Source: Mobula hypostoma (Eukaryota). From it: DNA of 64,000 bases. The position numbers and the translations under genes are program-made. The DNA lies in contig NC_086098.1 in NCBI RefSeq assembly GCF_963921235.1, forward strand, positions 25,606,001 to 25,670,000, written 5' to 3'. Of the stretch, positions 11,871-25,464 are shown in pieces. Every line of letters starts with the position of its first letter. Position 1 is the first letter of the stretch. Below the pieces are notes generated by a model that worked only from the letters and a program-made list of their open reading frames with translations, made no database searches and had not been told where the DNA came from.

Positions 11871-13889
11871 TTCTATTAGTTCAAGAGTGACAATAGGCTG
11901 GCAAAGCCACATTACTGTTTGCATTAATGTTTGCAAAGACGTTGATGTCTATTAATCAATTAAAAGTGGGCAAGTGAAAGTGAATAAAATCCTCCCTTTG
12001 CTTGTTCAGCTGAACAATCGTACCTGTTAGATTTCAGACTTGCAGCACCTTTAACTGAAGCTGAAGAGCAAAAGCCCCATTCCCAGATACATGACTTTGC
12101 ATTCAGTCCCAACTGATTGTAACAACTAGTTACCAACATAGAAAAATGCAACTTCAGCTATACTATTAATAATCATGAAGAAAGTTCTTACGATATGTTT
12201 AGGTGTTTGAATAAAGCCAGCATTCAACATGTCCGTATATGCAGAGCAGTAATCAAGGCCAAAATGCTGAACAAGGTATTTAAAAACAGCAGATCACAAG
12301 CATACAGAACATCAGTTAAACCTTATATTGTTTTTGTCCGTTCTGTTCACGAAAAAACTAGGAAGTCAAGTCAAGTCCTGGAAGTGATAGAGAAGCTGTA
12401 TCAGATAGTATCAGATAAATAAATCTTGACTAAAGACAGCAGAACTGCAATTGGTTCAGCATTTTCAAGGGAACAACAGAAATACAAAAAAGGTGTTGTG
12501 CAAATTAACAATTTTGCAAATATCACATTTAGCTGTTTCTTTCACTACTGGCATGCACTGAATATCAAAAAATTGTGATAATTAATATTACTTTCTGTCT
12601 CCTTGTTAACTGAGGACTGATACAACTTTCCTTTTCTTCTTTGTTTCTTATTCTGAGCCAGATTTGACATTAAATTCATCTCCTATAATAAGTCTCCCCT
12701 CCTTGCTACTGTTTATTTCTTAATTCTCAAATCTCTTTAAGCACTGTTGTTGCTTTTAGGGTCTGGGGGAGGAAGGGTGGTGTAACGGCCAATTCTAACA
12801 AACCAATTGCTACTGCTGGTGACCTAGCACAGGTGCGATCCTTGAATAATGCACCCTCCAATCAAATCCAGTAATGATACTCCAAAAAGTCAAAGAAATA
12901 TATTCAAATCTTTTATTAGCAACTATCAAAACATACAATCTTGAAGATGTAATTAAGCATAATTAAGCGTAACAAAGCAATCAACAAAAGATATGACACC
13001 AAGCAGTTCCCAAAACAAAGCACGAGTACGTAATTTATTCCCTTTGCTTTTATCACACCCCCACTCATGTGACAAGTTACCAAACTAAACGATCAACACA
13101 GAATACAATGCAGTTGGAGAAAAGATGCGTGGCTACTGCAGTTGGCATTACTAGAAGTTCCAGATCAAACCACAGGAAATTGAGTAGTACAATGCTCAGA
13201 ACTTGTTCTTCAGCAACTACAAGGAGGAAATTAAATGATCCACCCAACTTTCATTGATGTAGAATTTTCAGCAAAGTAAAAGCACCACCTTAACAAGCAA
13301 ACTAGCATAAGCATAGCTCTAAGATTCCGCTTCTCAGACCAGATTTCCTACTGATCTTTCCAACTTCTAATCACAAAGCAAAAATGCTTCAAAGGACTGT
13401 TAACAAATCAGAAATTAATGCTGTGCAAATGGAAGATATTACCAAAAAAGACAAAAAGCATAGTCAAAGGGATATGTTTTGAGGGGGATCTTGAAGAAAA
13501 GTGTTAAAGTGGAAGGATTTAGAGACAGTACCTAGGCAGATGAAGGCAAGATGGCTAAAGGCAGGGAGATTACATTAAAGAAGATCAAAGACTCCGAATT
13601 GGAGGAATGCAGATTTTTTGAGAAGGTTGTATGATATTACAGAGATGATTCGAAGGTGGGCTGTTTAGTCTAAAAACAAGAATGCATATACATTTCGATC
13701 TAATTTGAAGACCATCACAAGAGCTCAGTAAATTGGAGGATTCTGTGGTTCCTTGCGAAATTAAATATAACAAATAAAGTAGCTTTCAACAGCTATTTGC
13801 AACAACTGTTGACAGATGTGAAAGTTTTTGTCAGCAAAAAATGTAGAAGAGAAAATGATAAACTTTTATCTACTCAAACATTTATTTTT

Positions 13890-14061
13890 TTCTGCAAACA
13901 CGAGGAAATCTGCAGATGCTGGAATTTCAAGCAACACACGTAAAAGTTGCTGGTGAACGCAGCAGGCCAGGCAGCCTCTGTAGGAAGAGTTAACGTCGAC
14001 TATACCTCTTCCTAGAGATGCTGCCTGGCCTGCTGCGTTCATCAGCAACTTTTGTGTGTTG
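13890..14061. mobile_element. Palindromic pair of Penelope terminal segments with an 11-bp TSD
   Basis: Left arm is the reverse complement of the right arm; catttattttt at 13879-13889 and 14062-14072. Confidence 0.8.
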
Positions 14062-14072
14062 CATTTATTTTT

Positions 14073-14340
14073 ATTTATTTATTGAGATACAGTACGGAAT
14101 AGGCCCTTCTAGCCGAGCCGACCACAACCCTCAATTTAATCCCAGCCGTGGGACAATTTACAATCACCAATTAGCCTACCAACCGGTACATCTTTGGAAC
14201 ATGGGAGAAAACTGGAGCACCAGGAGGAATCCTACGCAGACATGGGGAGAATGTACAAACTCCTTACAGGCAGTGGTGGGAACTGAACCCAGGTCGCAGA
14301 TACTGTAAAGCATTGTGCTAACCGCTACACTACCATGCCA
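14073..14340 (-). mobile_element. V-SINE (same family as 3870-4155)
   Basis: gggagaaaactggagcac V-domain remnant, tRNA-like head, (TTTA)n tail. Confidence 0.75.
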
Positions 14341-16449
14341 CATCTTTACTAATGGTATGCTGCTTATCTACAATCTGAACAATGATTCTATTAAAGACAG
14401 GTTAGGGTTGAACAGTAATATTCTCAGAGCCTGATTATAATTTGAAGACATTTTTGCCTGTGCACATCATGGATAATGTTGCAATTATTTTTAATGTGAA
14501 TAACTATCCATTACCCCAATGCTTTGAGTAAATGAACAAAATATTCCTAGTTATTTAAAACCAGCAAGTGTCTTATAGCCCCAACTTTTATAATCCTATG
14601 CTTATTCTCATAGAATTCTTTTTATACTTTGGTTAAATCATTTGGAAAATCTTTAAAGTAGTTCCAAAACACTTCCATATAAATTTCTGCAAACTTGTTC
14701 CAGAAACTTGCTGAGCCAGTAGAAGAAATAACATATCCAGTTAAATACGGCCACTTCCAGAATGAAGAAGGGTACATGACAGACTTTTCGTCTACCTCTG
14801 CAACTTTATTTTTGGCATGCTTATCTAACACAATTTAAATTTTGTTCGATTTAAATTTAAATTGATTAATAACAGGAAAATCACAAGCATCCTGTAGAAA
14901 TGTGATTGCTCAAGACAAAAAATTTGCATTTTTAGAGCAAACCTTGCTTTCATCCAATACTTCGGAATAGAGATCATGACAGCAGCAAATACATATAGGA
15001 TGTGTAGGAGCCATGTACCTATTTATTGTCAGTCTGTATTGTATTTGTGTTGTGCATCCTCACGGTGGGTTAAGGTAATTTGTCCTGTGGGTTTTGGTGG
15101 AGGTTAGCGGGCAGCACACGGCATTGGGTGGTGGTTAAAATAAGATGAATATAGATACCTATTCTGCAGCTTACAGCAGAGGTGAATAGGGGGCACATAT
15201 TTTTCATTGACCACTCAACTTTCTTTGAATTTGATCCAATTATTTTTACATGAAATATGGAAGAGTCGAATGATCTTATTGTTAGCTTGTAATAAAGGAT
15301 TAAGTGTACTTTTTCGACTTGGTACAGTTAGTTGGAAGCCTGTCATACAGTGTGATACTCCCTCACTTGGCCCTCAGCAACTTTTAGTTTGTTTTCAAAT
15401 AGGCACTTACAGACCAGAGAGAACAAAAATTATATTTGTCAGATCCAGGATGGTGCCTTTACAAGAAAACAAGTCTAAGCACAGACTTGTACACCATGTG
15501 TCCTGAACTATTATGAATATACTCACAAATACTGGAAATCCAATCCTGTATGCCTCGATTTCCTATCCATTTTAGTAAATGCTATTTTTTTCCCTCTCCA
15601 CAATAGCTTTGAGTGTTACTCCTCCCATGGACCTGGAATTAGCTCTTAGCGGTTAGTGGGTATTTATTTCCTGTTTATGGTGACAATATAAAACTACTAC
15701 ATTCGGCCCTCCGTATCTGCGGATTCAATCAACCGCAAATCAGGATCGGAAAAAAAACCCGGAAGTTCTCTCTCTTTCTTCTTATTCCCTACACAACACA
15801 GTGTAACAGCTATTTACATAGCATTTCCTTTGTACAGGTTTCCCCCGCTATCCGAAAGTACAGCGTCCCTATGAAACATCTCGTAAGCCAAAATGGCGTA
15901 AAGCAAAGAAGCAATTACCATTAATTTATATGGGAAAAATTTTTGAGTGTTCCCAGACCCAAAAAACCTAGCAAATCATACCAAATAACACATAAAACCT
16001 AAAAATAACACTAACATATAGTAAAAGCAGGAATGATGTGATAAATATACAGCCTATATGAAGTAGAAATAATGTACGTACAGTGTAGTTTCACTTTGCA
16101 GAATCGGGAAGACAGCAAGCACACTGGAAGGTTCACACATTTTTCTATCATACAGTTCTTTGTAAGCACTCAAAACATCCTGCAAACCTGCCCTAAACCT
16201 ACGTGCCCTTTCAAAATTAAAGTCATACTTTTCTGCAATCATTGCAGCACTGTCAATCGTAGCGAAAATCTCACGCAGTTCAAAGCTATGGCAGCCTGAT
16301 GCTGAGTGTTTGTTTTGCTGACAGCTGAACGCTATTTTCGCTTTTCACCACTCTCGCTGCTTGGGGTGCGCGGAAGAGCTATGATGGTTGCGCCTGTACT
16401 GAACGTGTACAGACTTTTTTTTTCTTGTCATTATTCCCTGAACAATACA

Positions 16450-19020
16450 AACGTCTGAGGTCGGCCAAGGTGCGACAAGTGAAGGAGTGAGTGAGGGCAT
16501 TGGCTGAGAAGGAGCAGTTGATTTAAAAACCGGTTGGGACCATCCAGCAACACAAACGTTCGAGGTCGACCGAGGTGCGACAAGTGAAATGAATTAGTCA
16601 AAATATCAGCCAATATAAGCAAGGTTTGCTCTAGGGGAGTGCCTTGTGAGAAAAGTGCGAGTCTTTGTCTCAAGAGTCTTCGGCGAGGAGGCTGAGGGAG
16701 GAGACTACACCACAGTTGGTGAGGGTGAGAAGTGGTGAAGAAATGACATGTCAACTGATTCAGTGTGCTGCTTGCATGATGTGGGAGGTCAGGGACGTTG
16801 ATGGTGCCTCTGGCTGCTACAAATGTGGAAAGTGTATCCAGGTTTAGCTCCTGAAGGATCGTGTTGAAGCACTGGAGAAACAACTGGATGACCCCAGGTT
16901 CATCCGGGAAACCGAGAATTTTCTGGACAGGACCAACAGCGACATCGTAACACCGACATCGTAACACCGAAGATACCGGAAGAGAAAAGGGGGGGGCGAT
17001 GATGAGGAAGGGATGGATGCTTGGAGTACAGGAGACCCAGGGGATGTACCTCTTGAGAACAGGTTCACCCTCTTGGAAGCTGTTGGGACAGAAGACATTG
17101 CCAGTCTGAGAGGTGGACAGGTCTGCGAGTCAAAAATTGGCGCTAAAACAAAGCCGAGGAGACAGATGTCAGGCAGAGCCGTGGTAGTAGGGGACTCCAT
17201 AGTGAGAGGTACAGAAAGGGGTTTCTGCGGCAACAGGCGGGTTTTAAGGATGGTGTGTCACCTCCCTGGTGCCAGGATCCAGGACGTCACAGACCGATTG
17301 CAGGGCATCCTCAAGGGTGAAGGTGAACAGCCGGAAGTGTCGGCAAAAATGAGGTCGGGAGGATGAGGAAAGAAATTCTGCAGCGTGACTTCAGAGAACT
17401 TGGAAGAAGGCTGAAAAGCAGGACCTCCAGGGTAGTTATCTCCGGTTTGCTTCCAGGTCCTTGTGCTGGAGAGGACAGGAACAGGGAGATAGGGGATCTG
17501 AATGTGTGGCTGAGGGGCAGCTGCGGGAGGCAGGGATTTAGATTCTTGGACCACTGGGATCTGTTTTGAGGTAAGGATGAATTGTACAGAAGGGACAGGT
17601 TGCATCTTAACGGATGGGGGACCAGCATTCTGACAGGCAGGTTTGCCACTGCTACACGGGTGTGTTTAAACTAAGTAGTGTCGGGGGGGGGGGGAGAGGG
17701 ACGAACTGGAAATATAAGGATGGAGTTAAAGGGAAAGTGAGAATTAAAAAAGTTGGCAGAGGGGGTGGGATGGCTCTGTTGGTGAGGAATTAAATTCAGT
17801 CACTTGCGAGAGGGGACATAGAATCAGGAGATGTACAGTCACTTATGGAGGTGGCTCCAGAAATCGTGGACACAATGGTAATCATTTTCCAATGTTCTAT
17901 AGATTCAGGATCAATTCCTGCAGATTGGAGGGTAGCTAATGTTATCCCAACTTTTATGAAAGGAGGGAGAGAGAAAACAGGCAATTATAGACCAGTTAGT
18001 CTGACATCAGTGGTGGGGAAGATGCTGGAGTCAATTATAAAAGACGAAATAGCAGCATATTTGGATAGCAGTAGCAGGATAGGTCCGAGTCAGCATGGAC
18101 TTACGAAGGGGAAATCATGCTCGACTAATCTTCTGGAATTTTTTGGGGATGTAACTATGAAAATGGACATGGGAAAGCCAGTGGATGTAGTGTACCTGGT
18201 GTTTCACAAAGCCTTTGATAAGGTCCCACATAGGAGGTTAGTGAGCAAAATTAGAGCACATGGTATTGGGGGTAGGGTACTGACATGGATAGAAAATTGG
18301 TTGGCAGACAGGAAATAAAGAGACCTGGGTGTCCTTGTTCATCAGTCACTGAAAGTAAGCGTACAGGTACAGCAGGCAGTTAAGAAAGCTAATGGCATGT
18401 TGGCCTTCATAACAAGGGGAGCTGAGTATAGGAGCAAAGAGGTCCTTCTGCAGTTGTACAAGGCCCCGGTGAGACCCCACCTGGAGTATTGTGTGCAGTT
18501 TTGGTCTCCAAGTTTGAGGAAGGACATTCTTGCTATGGAGGGATTGCAGCGTAGGTTCACTGGGTAATTCCAGGGACGGCGGGAATGTCATATGTTGAAA
18601 GATTGGAGCGACTGGGCTTGTATACACTGGAATTTAGAAGGATGAGAGGGGATCTGATTGAAACATATAAGATTATTAAGGGATTGGACACGCTAGAGGC
18701 AGGAAACATGTTCCTGATGTTGGGCGAGTCCAGAACCAGAGGCCACAGTTTAAGAATAAGGGGTAGGCCATATAGAACGGAGTTGAGGAAAAGCTTTTTC
18801 ACACAGAGGGTTGTGGATCTATGGAATGCTCTGCCTAAGAAGGCAGTGGAGGCCAATTCTCTGGATTCTTTCAAGAAAGAGTTAGATAGAGCTCTTAAAG
18901 ATAGCGGAGTCAAGGGATATGGGGAGAAGGCAGGAACAGGGTATTGATTGTGGATGATCAGCCATGATCACAGTGAATGGTGGTGCTGGCTCATAGGGCT
19001 GAATGGCCTGCTCCTGCACC
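16450..19020 (+). mobile_element. CR1 LINE with 5' UTR, ORF1 (zinc finger/leucine zipper plus SGNH esterase) and internally deleted ORF2
   Basis: CAACMMWE..CGKC..LEKQLDD; VPLENRF; VVGDSIVRG..PGARIQDV; EN remnant GGGMAL; [19 protein letters not shown]; 3' end runs into the gap. Confidence 0.92.
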
Positions 19021-19174
19021 NNNNNNNNNNNNNNNNNNNNNNNNNNNNNNNNNNNNNNNNNNNNNNNNNNNNNNNNNNNNNNNNNNNNNNNNNNNNNNNN
19101 NNNNNNNNNNNNNNNNNNNNNNNNNNNNNNNNNNNNNNNNNNNNNNNNNNNNNNNNNNNNNNNNNNNNNNNNNN
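19021..19174. other. Assembly gap (154 N)
   Basis: Run of n. Confidence 1.
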
Positions 19175-19672
19175 ATCCGTGGAATTTGTTATCCGCAGGG
19201 GGGTCCCGGAACCAAACCCCCGCGGATACGGACTGTACTTATTTAAAATTGTTCATTTTCTGGAGATGGGCTTCACTGATAAGGCTGTCATTTATTAATT
19301 GTCCCTAAATCCCTATGAGAAGCTGATGGTGTTCTGTCTCCTTTAATACCCACGGGAAATTAATATGAATGAGGAAAGGATTGGAGAAAATACATTAAGG
19401 CTAATGAAATTAACACAATATTCTGGTCTACATAAGAATAAGAAGCTAAATAAACAGTGAACTTGACCCACTTTTCCGAGATACATTTTCTGACATCAAT
19501 GTGGAATTTAATTTTCCAGATTGTTGTTCTGAGTAATCTCCAAAAAAAATTCTATTGCCACTGATGTCACCAATGGACTTGAAGCTATTTTACTGTATTT
19601 CTGTTATCATGATGCTACTGTTAATTGTCCTCATCAAGCTGGTAATATTATAGATGGCATATTTTAGAAATT

Positions 19673-20658
19673 CGGGTAGATGGAGCTTGTCAGCCTGGGA
19701 AGGCAGTCCATCTAAGAAAGGGAAAACTCTGATTTCAAACCTCCGCTGCCTTGCGGCCATACCCACTCATGGGAGAGGCTTCAGGAGTAAACCCTGAGGA
19801 CAAATCTGGAGCTGGAGTCCCTAAGACAGTCCGACGTTGCCTTCAATACGAATTGACAATAAACTGGACTGGTCAAAGAACATTGAGGCTGTCTACAAGA
19901 AGGGTCAGAGCCGTCTTTATTTCCTGAGGGGACTGAGGTCCTTTAACATCTGTCGGATGACGCTGAGGATGTTCTACGAGCCTGTGGTGGCCAGTGCGAT
20001 CATGTTTGCTGTTGTGTGCTGGGGCAGCAGGCTGAGGGTAGCAGACACCAACAGAATCAACAAACTCATTCGTAAGGCCAGTAGTGTTGTGGGGATGGAA
20101 CTGGACTCTCTCACGGTGGTGTCTGAAAAGAGGATGCTGTCCAAGTTGCATGCCATCTTGGACAATGTTTCCCATCCACTACATAATGTACTGGTTGGGC
20201 ACAGGAGTACATTCAGCCAGAGACTCATTCCACCGAGATGCAACACTGAGCGTCATAGGAAGTCATTCCTGCCTGTGGCCATCAAACTTTACAACTCCTC
20301 CCTTGAAGGGTCAGACACCCTGAGCCAATAGGCTGGTCCTGGACCTATTTCCTGGCATAATTTACATATTACTATTTAATTATTTATGGTGCAACTGTAA
20401 CGAAAACCAATCTCCCCCGGGATCAATAAAGTATGACTATGACTATGATTATGAACCTCGTTCTGGCAACTCCTGCGACGACACTGGTGCCAAGCTGTAT
20501 TGGCCCTTGCCCTTCCCTTGGACAACATCGGTGTCGTGGAGAGGGGAGACTTGCTGCATGGGCAACTGCCGGTCTTCCATACAACCTTGCCCAGGCGTGT
20601 GCCCTGGAGAACCTTTCGAGGCGCAGCTCCATGGTCTCACAAGACTAATAGATGCCAC
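19673..20658 (+). mobile_element. Non-autonomous RTE-like retroposon with a 15-bp TSD, interrupted by Rex1
   Basis: TSD catattttagaaatt at 19658-19672 and 20659-20673; RTE-type 5' motif gggaaaactctgatttcaaacc; 3' part shared with the SINE at 28008-28319. Confidence 0.75.
19847..20454 (+). mobile_element. Rex1/Babar LINE 3' fragment nested in the element above
   Basis: Open frame IDNKLDWSKN..GQSRLYFLR..SFLPVAIKLYN; (tatgac)n tail; highly similar to 4336-4840. Confidence 0.9.
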
Positions 20659-21478
20659 CATATTTTAGAAATTGAATAAAGCAATTTAAAGAGTATAAGG
20701 TCATGTGGAAATATATCTGTAACCTTTAAGTCTATACAAATCTATAACTTTTGTAAAATTTAATGTGACAAAATGGAACCTGTGTGATCCCAGAGTGCTT
20801 TGCTAGTTTGCTGAAATGGTTGGATGGGAAGCTTGCAAGGGTATGAGATTTATAGCACAGAGTGTTTTCATACTGCATGATTGAAAGGAGAGTAAAACAG
20901 GACACAGTTGTGGGGTGGGGGGGGGGGAAGAAGCCTTAAAGACAAATAGGCTCATTAAAGACAAATGCCACTCATTCAAGATGGATGCAAGATGAGACAG
21001 GAATGCAATTAAGGGATGGAACAACCTCAAAGACATGCAGCTAATGAATTACTCAACTCTGTAAATGTATAAAAATGATCTGTTTTGAGCTGTAAGATTG
21101 AAGCTACCCACTGATGACTTAATGTACAGAAGTAGTCTTCCCTTACAAGTAATAAATGTGCTTATAATCTGATCCACTCTGAACTTGTTGTAGTCTGTTA
21201 CTGCATATTTAGAAGACCCAGCTGAACAGTACACGACAGTCGCATTATTATATCAGACTTCACCAGGAGGAACAATTTAGAAAATGACTCACCTAATGGC
21301 TTCATGTAAAAATCCATGTTGAAAATTGGTAGTCTCCAGTATTAAACAACGATTTGCATATTGGATTCTGTAATGTCTTGACTGCTAAGTGTGTTATTTT
21401 GTATTTGCCGATTTCTTGATGAGGTATTAAAATAAATGAATAAACTAAAAAGGTAGTATGTTGAAGTAGATGGGGATT

Positions 21479-21643
<165 letters not shown>

Positions 21644-21790
21644 TCATAGCAATTTTCACTTTTGAAAACGAACAATAAGATAACACAACACAATTTTCAA
21701 CAACATGGTACTGCAAATATATTAACTACTTAGAGCATACAAAAATTTACAAAACTTTGTACATAAAAATGGGTAATATACATTACTGAA

Positions 21791-21943
21791 CCTCCAAGAG
21801 GACCACAACCTTGTCATAGGGTTTAGAGGCTCAAAGACTCAGAGAGCTATGCTGGCTGGAGTCAGGCCTTAAGCTTTGGCTCTATGTAGGGTCACCCATG
21901 CCAAACTTGGGTCAAAGGGTAGAGGCCAAACTAAGAGTGGTCC
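21791..21943 (+). ncRNA. Putative HDV-like self-cleaving ribozyme (degenerate copy)
   Basis: P1 cctccaa/ttagagg, P2 ggaccac/gtggtcc, P3 acc/ggt, P4 gactcag/ttgggtc and J4/2 CTAA in HDV order. Confidence 0.55.
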
Positions 21944-22103
21944 ATCAGTCCTCCAGGTTTGGGGGTTCAGCTCTGGACTAACAACCCTGTACAAGAAACA
22001 GTAATGAAGAGTCCTTCTACACTTGAATGGCCAAGGACAGACAGATGGAGGACCTCCATTGCTGCCCTAAACACCAGCAGGCGTAATGGGCAGTTAGTAA
22101 GTA
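21792..22103 (+). mobile_element. Short internally deleted RTE element (5' UTR plus 3' tail) with TSD
   Basis: TSD ttactgaac at 21783-21791 and 22107-22115; RTE/Expander-type 5' UTR (ccttgtc..gagctatg..gtagggtcacccatg); (taag)n tail. Confidence 0.8.
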
Positions 22104-22329
22104 ATGTTACTGAACTTATTTGACATTTCCTTGAATTGAAAAATAAATTTTAAGTGGAAGTTGTAAATGATGGTATAATAATGATAAATAAGATACTGCT
22201 GTAAAGATGTGCACATATAAATTTGTCCTCCATTGGTAGTACTAAATGCACACAATTCTGGCAGATGCATGGTGATGCTGCATCTCTCCTCCAATGAGAC
22301 TCCCCGGCAAAGTGGAAACTATTCAATCG

Positions 22330-22740
22330 GCATTGTCTCTGATCACTCTCACTTCAGGCACTGAGTTGCTCTATGCAGATGATATTTGCACAAGTGCACA
22401 TTCTGAGGGTGAACATTGTCAACTTGTCAACTTGTTCACTAAAGTATACCAAAGAGTGGGCCTTGCACTTGCCCTCACTGAACAAAAAGAGTCTTACTCC
22501 CATTGTAAAATATCACCCTTTGACAATAAAGGTTCAAAGCAATACCCTTGAAAACAGGGGACTGTCCCCTCATCTCAGGACCTATCCCTCAGTGAAGGCT
22601 GACATCAAAGAAGAAATTCATCTTTACTTTTATTGCTTCAGCAGAGACTTTGTCTGTCTAAGGAAAGAACTGTTTGTAGATCAACGCCACAAACCTGCCA
22701 CAATGCATGTGGTCTACTGGACAGAGATTCCTGTTCTCCT
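22330..22740 (+). mobile_element. Old RTE-clade RT remnant
   Basis: ELLYADD..AHSE..GL and LEN..ADIKEEI motifs broken across frames. Confidence 0.55.
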
Positions 22741-22799
22741 GCACACTGTTCACACTCCAACCACATAATGCTCATGTAGCTCACACTGTCCACACTTCA

Positions 22800-23180
22800 A
22801 TGGCATGCACTAAAGAAGCCAGCAGAATCGAAGACCCCTTCCACCCCAGACATTCTCTCTTCTCCCCACTCCCATCGGGCAGAAGACACATAAACCTAAA
22901 AGCACATTCCACCATACTCAAAGGCAACTGTAATACCACTATTGAAATGGTTGGTTCCCTAGTATGGACTCTTCACCTCACAATCTATCTCGTCATGACC
23001 TTGCATCTACTGTAATTGTTTACCTGCACTCACTCTGTAGCTGTTACTTTGTTCTGCATTCAGTTATTGTTTTACCTCAATGCACTGCGTAATGATTTGG
23101 TCTGTAAGAACGGTATACGAGTGAAGCTTTTCGGTGTACCTCGGCACATGTGACAATAATAAACCAATTCCAATTCCAAC
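22800..23180 (+). mobile_element. Rex1/L2-like LINE 3' end
   Basis: IEDPFHPRHSLFSPLPSGRR motif; tail gtgacaataataaacc(aattcc)2. Confidence 0.65.
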
Positions 23181-24114
23181 TCAAAGTGCTGAAATATATA
23201 ACCAATGCTTTCTCTGCAAAATTCTCCCAATCCACTGCGAGGACAAGCAAGTCAACAACAGTGTCATTTCTAGGCCAGAATTTTCAACTTTTCATCCCCT
23301 AATTACAATTAAAAAAAAACAGAAATCTATAAATCTGAATCAAAAACAGAAAATGCTGGAAACACTTAGCAGGTCAGGCAGCACACTGACTGTCCAGCAC
23401 ATTCATATACTTGGTATAAGAGTCCCAAAATAGACAAACTACTCCAGACTCTGTCTTGACAACAAATTGGCAGATGAACAGAGAAAATGTCCTCAGACCT
23501 CCCTTGAAAAAGTGCAATCTTCCAATTGGTTCAAGGGAAACCTTGGCCCACGATTATGCAAAATGAAGAAAGACCATTCAAGATGGTGCCGACGAGTTCA
23601 GTCACCGAGAGCCCAACATAAACAGTGAAAGAGCTCAGTACCTAAGCAAACCACCCAACCATCTGCTGCATAAAGCACACCTTGCACCACCAACAGCATG
23701 GTGTTAGAGGTCTCATTTTGGCCTCATCAACATCTGGAGAGGAAGCAAGTTATCCTTAACCTAAAGGAGGTTTCCAACCTATTTTATGCCATGGACCCCA
23801 ACTATTAACCAAGGGATGTCCAAGAAGGGTGAAGATTGTAGCAGCTGCGTATTGCACTGCACTTTCGTAATTCTGTTTCTATTTTGCAGGGTCCACTGAA
23901 ATCAATGGAAACATTTTCATAGCCAAGCCTCTATTATATAATGCATTTAGTGTTACCAACTGTTGATATGCTCTCACAGCAGATTTCACAAAGGAATAAT
24001 GAAACTCTCTTCTTTGATTAAATATGCTATTAAGGTGTCATGAATAACAAGTTTCAAGCAATCTTTTAAGAACCTAACTCATTCAATAAAGATATCAACA
24101 CTTAACTAAATTTA

Positions 24115-25464
<1,350 letters not shown>

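Larger units (their letters stand above)
15699..19237. mobile_element. Tigger/MER2-like DNA transposon remnant hosting nested insertions
   Basis: Left end TA-cattcggccctccgtatctgcgg and right end ccgcggatacggactg-TA are degenerate TIRs; an internal Tigger-like piece at ~15833-16300 has transposase C-terminal remnant DFNFERAR..YKELYDRK. Confidence 0.6.

Noticed and set aside
14622-14831. 69-aa aromatic-rich ORF in unique sequence
   Set aside because: No recognisable homology, non-ATG start, and its phase does not fit the SOGA3 donor
18948-19308. ORFs containing long X runs
   Set aside because: Artefacts of the assembly gap
19673-19846. Possible second HDV-like ribozyme at the 5' end of the other RTE-like element
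   Set aside because: Only a simple hairpin (tagatgga/tccatcta) is visible; the nested P1-P2-P3 order was not found
1-21478. KIAA0408 coding exons expected downstream of SOGA3
   Set aside because: I could not recognise any matching exon on the minus strand; they probably lie left of the window. A tBLASTn search would be decisive
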